A stretch of 64,000 bases of DNA, taken from an uncultured Chitinophagales bacterium (GTDB lineage: Bacteria; Bacteroidota; Bacteroidia; Chitinophagales; CAZNGA01). A program made the position numbers and the translations under genes. Shown piece after piece: positions 58,307-64,000 of the stretch; the first letter of the stretch is position 1, and each line of letters opens with the position of its first letter. The notes under the pieces are model-generated. The model saw nothing but the letters and a program-made list of their open reading frames with translations, was not told where the DNA came from and did no database searches. Location: contig CAZNGA010000005.1 in the NCBI GenBank assembly GCA_964572485.1, forward strand, positions 8,400 through 72,399, written 5' to 3'.

Positions 58307-59233
58307 CTACTCATTAAACAAAGGAATATGAAACCGCTCACCTTCTGTAGCAAGTGAAGTATTGTCAAAAACGGATTGAGCCTCCTTTAATAAATGTTCG
58401 TGATCTTTATATTTAGCTGAAAAGTGTCCGATAAGCAGGTGGTCAACCTCCGCTTTCTTGGCTAGCATCCCTGCTTGCATGGCAGTAGAATGGTAGGTCT
58501 CTTTTGCCCTTTGTTTTGAATCCTCGCCAAATGTAGCTTCGTGATACAATAAATTTACTTTCGAGATCATTGGGATAATGTTTTCATCATAAGCTGTATC
58601 AGAGCAGCACGCATAACTTCTGGTTAACGGGGGATGTGTTGTAAGTTGGTCATTGCTTATTACTGTTCCGTTACTATCCACAAAATCTTCTCCTAACCTC
58701 AATGAAGGAATAAAAGAATGAGGGACTTTATGTTCTTTGAGCTTTTCACCAATTATTTTTCTTCCCTGCCGCTTTTCCCGAAACAAAAATCCACAGCAAG
58801 ATATCCTATGATTCATAGGAATAGTAGTTACAGCGATGTCATCATTTTCAAATATCTGCTTATGCTTCCTTCCATCAATAGGGTGAAATATTAACTCATA
58901 CAACAACCGGGTCTTAGAGTGTTTTAATTGAAGATCGATGATCTCCTTTACTCCCTTCAACCCATAAATGTGCAAAGGAGCAGATCGTCTAACAAGATGG
59001 TATGATGTTATCAAACCAATTAGACCATAATAATGGTCACCATGCAGATGAGTGATAAAAATATGATCGATCTTGCTTCTCCTGATCTTGTATTTTGATA
59101 GTTGCATCTGCGTGCCTTCTCCGCAGTCAACCATATACAGTTGATCTCTTATATTGATAATTTGGGAAGTGGGGTGTCTTTTATGAGCAGGAATGGCAGA
59201 ATTGCTGCCAAGAATAGTGATCTCAAAGGTCAT
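58307..59233 (-). CDS. rnz: Ribonuclease Z
   Basis: ILGSNSAIP, DCGEGTQ, THLHGDH, SDTAY, LYHEATF, HST, GHFSAKY. Confidence 0.95.
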   Translation of the reverse strand: MTFEITILGSNSAIPAHKRHPTSQIINIRDQLYMVDCGEGTQMQLSKYKIRRSKIDHIFITHLHGDHYYGLIGLITSYHLVRRSAPLHIYGLKGVKEIIDLQLKHSKTRLLYELIFHPIDGRKHKQIFENDDIAVTTIPMNHRISCCGFLFREKRQGRKIIGEKLKEHKVPHSFIPSLRLGEDFVDSNGTVISNDQLTTHPPLTRSYACCSDTAYDENIIPMISKVNLLYHEATFGEDSKQRAKETYHSTAMQAGMLAKKAEVDHLLIGHFSAKYKDHEHLLKEAQSVFDNTSLATEGERFHIPLFNE

Positions 59234-59261
59234 GAGGTATTATCCACCCAAAGTGTTGGGC

Positions 59262-59648
59262 TTACTTTTTTTCACCTTCTTTCACTTCTCTTTCCATTTC
59301 CTCCATAATTATGAGGTCAGAAGCTTCAGAAACGGTTGCAGTTACATTTAAAATACTATCTAATTGTGAGATCTTAATGAGCTTTAGTACATTATCCTGA
59401 ACATTAGAAATAACAAAACTCCCATCACTGGAAGCACAAAGTCTATTTCCAATTAATATTGCACTTAATCCTGATGAATCTACGAATTTAACACTCTCCA
59501 TATCCAAGATAATATTGCTAACACCATCAGAATTCAATACCACTAGTTCAGTCTTGAGTTCCGGTGCACATATTGAATTCAGCTTTTCTTCATTCAATTT
59601 AACAATGTGAAAACGTTCCTTCTTATCAACTGAAAATTTCAATGTCAT
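59262..59648 (-). CDS. STAS-domain protein (anti-sigma-factor antagonist-like)
   Basis: IILDMESVKFVDSSGLSAIL with the phosphorylatable Ser, KLIKISQLD. Confidence 0.9.
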   Translation of the reverse strand: MTLKFSVDKKERFHIVKLNEEKLNSICAPELKTELVVLNSDGVSNIILDMESVKFVDSSGLSAILIGNRLCASSDGSFVISNVQDNVLKLIKISQLDSILNVTATVSEASDLIIMEEMEREVKEGEKK

Positions 59649-59881
59649 TCTTCGTAATTTTATTAATGATTTCGCGAATTATTTGATCAATATATACAAA
59701 TTTAACAAAAGAAGAGATATCATTAGGCATTTATTGGAATTTATTTAACAATTGGAGTGTTGATATGTATTACAGGCCAATTCTCAAAAAACTTTTTTTT
59801 TTGTGGAATACTTTATAAATTACGGCCAAAAGTCAATAATCCTCGTACAAAGGTATATTAACGGATAAACAATATCGTAAA

Positions 59882-62464
59882 ATGGAAGATGCAAAATTTT
59901 CAAAAAAGGTAAAAGAAGTGATCACCTTCAGTCGTGAAGAGGCTTTAAGGTTGGGGCATGATTATTTAGGGATAGAGCACTTATTACTTGGTTTGCTGAG
60001 AGGTAAAGAGAATTTGGTGATCCAGTTATTGGAGTCACTCAATGTAGATATTGTTCTTTTACGTAAGAATATAGAAGATACTATTAAAGATAAGGCTACC
60101 CCTCATAATTATAGCGCTAACAGCCTGCCTTTGACCAAGCAAGCTGAAAAAATATTAAGGATCACTTACCTTGAAGCGAAACTTGCGAAAAGTAATATCA
60201 TAGGTACTGAGCACTTGATGCTTTCCATCCTTAAGAATAAGGACAGTTTTGTTACTATAATGATGGGCAATCAGTACGAGGTCGATTATGATATCTTTAA
60301 AGGTGAAATAGATATGTACCAACAAGAGATCACTGATGAATTGACCAACGATCCTGATGAGGACGAACCATTCCCAGATGAAGGCAGGGAAAAAATCCCC
60401 GGAAGCGGAAGGCGTGGTGGTGCTTCAAAATCAAAGACACCTGTACTGGATAATTTTGGCAGAGATGTCACAAAACTCGCGGTTGATGATGAATTGGACC
60501 CTATTGTAGGCAGGGATATCGAAATTGAAAGAGTTTCCCAGATCCTGAGCAGAAGAAAGAAAAACAACCCTATTCTCATCGGGGAACCCGGTGTTGGGAA
60601 AACTGCAATTGTTGAAGGTCTTGCTTTAAGAATTGTGAGCAGAAAGGTATCCAGAGTGCTATTCGACAAAAGAATTGTGATGCTCGATCTGGCAGCCTTA
60701 GTTGCCGGGACAAAATACAGAGGGCAATTTGAAGAAAGGATGAAAGCCATTATGAATGAGCTTGAAAAAAATAGGGATGTAATTTTATTTATTGATGAGA
60801 TACATACTATCGTAGGAGCAGGTGGAGCTACTGGCTCGCTTGATGCATCTAATATCTTTAAACCTGCACTCGCAAGAGGAGAATTACAATGTATTGGAGC
60901 TTCAACACTGGATGAGTATCGCCAATATATCGAGAAAGATGGGGCACTGGATAGAAGGTTTCAAAAGGTACTTATTGAACCACCTTCTCCTGAAGAAACG
61001 ATCACTATACTGGAAAATATCAAAGGACGATATGAGGAATATCATAACGTGATCTATAAAAAAGGAGCCATTGAATCATGCGTTAAATTAAGCAATCGCT
61101 ATATCACTGATCGGCTACTTCCTGATAAGGCCATTGATGTAATGGATGAGGTGGGTGCAAGGATCCATTTGAAGAATATTCACGTTCCTCAAAACATCCT
61201 TGATCTAGAAAATAAGATAGAAGATATAAAGTTGCAGAAAAATCAGGTGGTTAAAAGTCAAAGGTATGAAGAGGCCGCAAGGTTAAGAGATAGCGAGAAA
61301 AAGCTATTGGAGGACCTCGAAACTGCAAAACAACAATGGGAAGAAGAGGTGAAGGTCAAAAGATATCCTGTAAGCGAAGACACTGTAGCTGAAGTTGTGG
61401 CAATGATGACAGGAGTTCCGGTGAAGAGAATAGCCCAAAGTGAAAGCACACGGTTGCTGCATATGAATGAGGATCTGATGAAAGAAGTGGTCGGGCAAAA
61501 TGAAGCAATTGTAAAAATAACCAAAGCGATACAACGAAATAGAGTTGGCCTTAAAGATCCAAAGAAACCAATTGGTTCATTTATTTTCCTGGGACCCACA
61601 GGTGTAGGAAAAACTGAATTAGCCAGAGCTCTAGCCAAATATTTATTTGATAGTGATGATGCACTTATCAGAATGGACATGAGTGAATACATGGAAAAAT
61701 TCTCAGTGACTAGATTGATCGGCGCCCCTCCAGGGTATGTGGGATATGAAGAAGGTGGCCAGCTTACAGAAAAAGTGAGACGTAAACCCTATTCAGTTAT
61801 ATTGTTTGACGAGATAGAAAAGGCACACCCAGATGTATATAATATTCTTTTGCAGGTCCTTGATGATGGTCTACTGACAGATGGTTTAGGTAGAAGAGTA
61901 GATTTTAAGAATACGATGATCATCATGACATCAAATATTGGAGCTCGCCAACTTAAAGATTTTGGTGAGGGAATTGGTTTCTCAACTACTGCTCAAAAAG
62001 AAGATCCTGATTCTCACTCAAAAAGCGTAATTGCTAAAGCATTGAAAAGAACATTCTCCCCTGAATTCCTCAATAGGATCGATGATGTTATGATCTTTAA
62101 TTCTCTGAAAAAAGAACATATTTTCATGATCATTGATATCGCATTGAGAGATGTGCTTAAGAGAATCGATGCACTTGGCTTTAAATTAGATCTAACAAAT
62201 AGTGCTAAAGATTTCCTTGCAGAGAAAGGATATGATCCGCAATTTGGTGCGCGGCCATTGCATCGGGCTATTCAAAAATACCTTGAAGATCCATTAGCAG
62301 AAGAAATGCTAAAGACAAATATAAAGAAGGGTCAATTGCTACATATTGACCTTGATAAAAAAGCAGATGCTCTCAAGATCACTATCAAGGTGCCAAAAAA
62401 GAGTTCTGAAAAATCTTCCGAGTCAACAAAGCCTACTACATCAACAGATAAGAAAAGCAAATAG
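59882..62464 (+). CDS. clpC: ATP-dependent Clp protease ATPase ClpC
   Basis: Two Clp-N repeats, GEPGVGKT and GPTGVGKT Walker A motifs, UVR coiled coil, IGF ClpP-docking loop, FGARPL. Confidence 0.96.
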   Translation: MEDAKFSKKVKEVITFSREEALRLGHDYLGIEHLLLGLLRGKENLVIQLLESLNVDIVLLRKNIEDTIKDKATPHNYSANSLPLTKQAEKILRITYLEAKLAKSNIIGTEHLMLSILKNKDSFVTIMMGNQYEVDYDIFKGEIDMYQQEITDELTNDPDEDEPFPDEGREKIPGSGRRGGASKSKTPVLDNFGRDVTKLAVDDELDPIVGRDIEIERVSQILSRRKKNNPILIGEPGVGKTAIVEGLALRIVSRKVSRVLFDKRIVMLDLAALVAGTKYRGQFEERMKAIMNELEKNRDVILFIDEIHTIVGAGGATGSLDASNIFKPALARGELQCIGASTLDEYRQYIEKDGALDRRFQKVLIEPPSPEETITILENIKGRYEEYHNVIYKKGAIESCVKLSNRYITDRLLPDKAIDVMDEVGARIHLKNIHVPQNILDLENKIEDIKLQKNQVVKSQRYEEAARLRDSEKKLLEDLETAKQQWEEEVKVKRYPVSEDTVAEVVAMMTGVPVKRIAQSESTRLLHMNEDLMKEVVGQNEAIVKITKAIQRNRVGLKDPKKPIGSFIFLGPTGVGKTELARALAKYLFDSDDALIRMDMSEYMEKFSVTRLIGAPPGYVGYEEGGQLTEKVRRKPYSVILFDEIEKAHPDVYNILLQVLDDGLLTDGLGRRVDFKNTMIIMTSNIGARQLKDFGEGIGFSTTAQKEDPDSHSKSVIAKALKRTFSPEFLNRIDDVMIFNSLKKEHIFMIIDIALRDVLKRIDALGFKLDLTNSAKDFLAEKGYDPQFGARPLHRAIQKYLEDPLAEEMLKTNIKKGQLLHIDLDKKADALKITIKVPKKSSEKSSESTKPTTSTDKKSK

Positions 62465-62493
62465 GAATATTGAATTTTTCTTTATTCATCAAG

Positions 62494-62941
62494 CTATCTT
62501 TTCTCTGAGATGCCAACAGCGACTCCTTTTCCTTCAGCTTTATTAGGCATATAGATCAGGGTGATGCTTGACGATTTTAAGTGCCACTCGTAATTGATCA
62601 TAAATCCTAGATCAGTCTTCTTGGGGCTCTCCATACTTCTTTGTCAAAATTCCGAGGAGCTTCTCCAGGTCTTTATCATAGAAGCCCAAATTTACACCCT
62701 TGAAAATATCCTTCTTAAAACCGTAGGTTATCGAATGAGGAGTTACACCCTCATAACTAAAGTTCTCATCCTTTTTGTCATATCCCTTATAAGGTGGCAC
62801 TTTATTAGTTGATCTTATAAATTCGCCATCCATTTCTGTCATAGGTGTTCCCCAAAGAACTCCCCTAAAGCCGGTAATATCATCTTGAGCATAGAGTTGC
62901 CCAATAAAAAGAATGGTTAAAATCGTTACTAGTGCTTTCAT
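62494..62941 (-). pseudogene. Secreted hypothetical protein with an apparent 1-nt insertion at 62623-62626
   Basis: Track ORF stops at KYGEPQED*. Removing one C from CCCC gives KYGEPKKTDLGFMINYEWHLKSSSITLIYMPNKAEGKGVAVGISEKR*, 148 aa. Confidence 0.55.
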
Positions 62942-62944
62942 TTT

Positions 62945-63766
62945 TTAATCATTTTCAGGGTCAAATAAATTCATAACCGCATCACTTACACCCACGGAGC
63001 TAAGGCCACCATCATGAAACAGATTCTGCATGGTAACCATTCTTGTTAGATCCGAAAACATCGCAATGCAGAAATTTGCACAATCATCCGCTGAAGCATT
63101 TCCTAAAGGAGACATTTTATCTGAATAAGAGAGGAATTTTTCAAATCCTGGTACATTCGATCCGGCAATGGTGTATGTTGGAGATTGCGAAATGGTATTC
63201 ACACGTACCTTTTTCTTTAATCCATAATGGTAACCGAAAGATCTGGCAATCGATTCCAATGCAGCTTTTGCTTCTGCCATATCACTATATCCAGGGAATG
63301 TTCTTTGCGCTGCAATGTATGAAAGCCCAACTACCGACCCCCACTCGTTAAAAGCATCTACATCTATAGCTACTTGAAGTAATTTATGTAGTGAGAATGC
63401 AGAAATATCAAAGGTCTTAACCATCAGGTCATAATTCAGGTCAGTATACTTATTCTTATGCCTAACGTTTGGAGACATGGCAATGGAGTGAAGCACAAAA
63501 TCAAGGTTCCCTCCAAGAGTATCCATTGATTGAGTAACAAGTGTTTTTAACTCCTCAACTTTAGTAGCGTCGGCCGGGATCAACTCAACCCCAAGCTTTT
63601 CAGCAAGATCCTTAATGTTACCCATCCTTATCCCTACAGGAGTATTGGTCAATGTAATTTTTGCTCCCTCTTCAATAGCTCGTTCAGCTACTTTCCAGGC
63701 AATAGATTTTTCATCCAGCGCCCCGAAGATGATGCCTCTTTTTCCGGCAAGTAAATTGTTTTTCAT
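62945..63766 (-). CDS. fabI: Enoyl-ACP reductase
   Basis: GALDEKSIAW, LHSIAMS, YxxMxxAK (YSDMAEAK), RVNTISQSPT, QNLFHDGG. Confidence 0.92.
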   Translation of the reverse strand: MKNNLLAGKRGIIFGALDEKSIAWKVAERAIEEGAKITLTNTPVGIRMGNIKDLAEKLGVELIPADATKVEELKTLVTQSMDTLGGNLDFVLHSIAMSPNVRHKNKYTDLNYDLMVKTFDISAFSLHKLLQVAIDVDAFNEWGSVVGLSYIAAQRTFPGYSDMAEAKAALESIARSFGYHYGLKKKVRVNTISQSPTYTIAGSNVPGFEKFLSYSDKMSPLGNASADDCANFCIAMFSDLTRMVTMQNLFHDGGLSSVGVSDAVMNLFDPEND

Positions 63767-64000
63767 AGAATCAATTTATTAATGTATAATTCAGACTCCC
63801 CTCTAATTTCAAAAAAACACCAAAAATAGGCAAAAGATTTCATCTGAGAGGAGGAATATTGAAAATCATAGTTAAATAACACCCATTTATCATCATAAAT
63901 GCTGCAAATGCTTGAGAAATAGATGCGCATTGACAGACAACAAAAGATAAAAGGTGCTCATTATAACAAATTCCTTTGGTGATTTCATATATTTGCTTGT

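Noticed and set aside
62612-62614. TGA as selenocysteine
   Set aside because: No Cys-type context; the same frame stops again soon, while the shifted frame explains the sequence.
1-64000. tRNA, rRNA, tmRNA, prophage, transposase or defence systems
   Set aside because: No T-loop/CCA, rRNA, integrase, transposase, cas or restriction-modification signatures seen by eye; a tRNAscan/Infernal run would confirm.

Overview
Chromosomal window of an AT-rich Bacteroidota genome. The assignment rests on TAnnTTTG -7 promoter boxes, T9SS cargo proteins and Bacteroidota-type bS6/bS18. About 50 genes are present, mostly housekeeping or catabolic: DPP-IV plus a POT peptide transporter, a fadD-fadN-fadA-fadE beta-oxidation operon, acs, pepT, aconitase, rpsF-rpsR-rplI, dnaX, smpB, pcm, PGM/PMM, RNase P RNA, a sigma54-type regulator, rnz-STAS/clpC and fabI. 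No tRNA, rRNA, CRISPR array, transposase or prophage was seen. An accessory, partly decaying patch spans about 23.9-33.3 kb. It holds a TonB receptor broken by one in-frame TAG, a T9SS GH5-like protein with a QEP catalytic motif, a GbsR/MarR regulator with two matching operators, and a GATC-poor Hrb/rubrerythrin module whose rubrerythrin is a pseudogene the ORF track misses. The strongest leads are an A10 run in dnaX placed to yield a gamma subunit by slippage, and a 92-bp intergenic element present twice 22 kb apart with a 44-bp identical hairpin core. Also notable are a catalytically dead alpha/beta hydrolase, a roughly 128-aa acidic tail on bS6 and strong GATC enrichment in core genes. All calls come from reading the sequence and recalling protein families; no database search was run.
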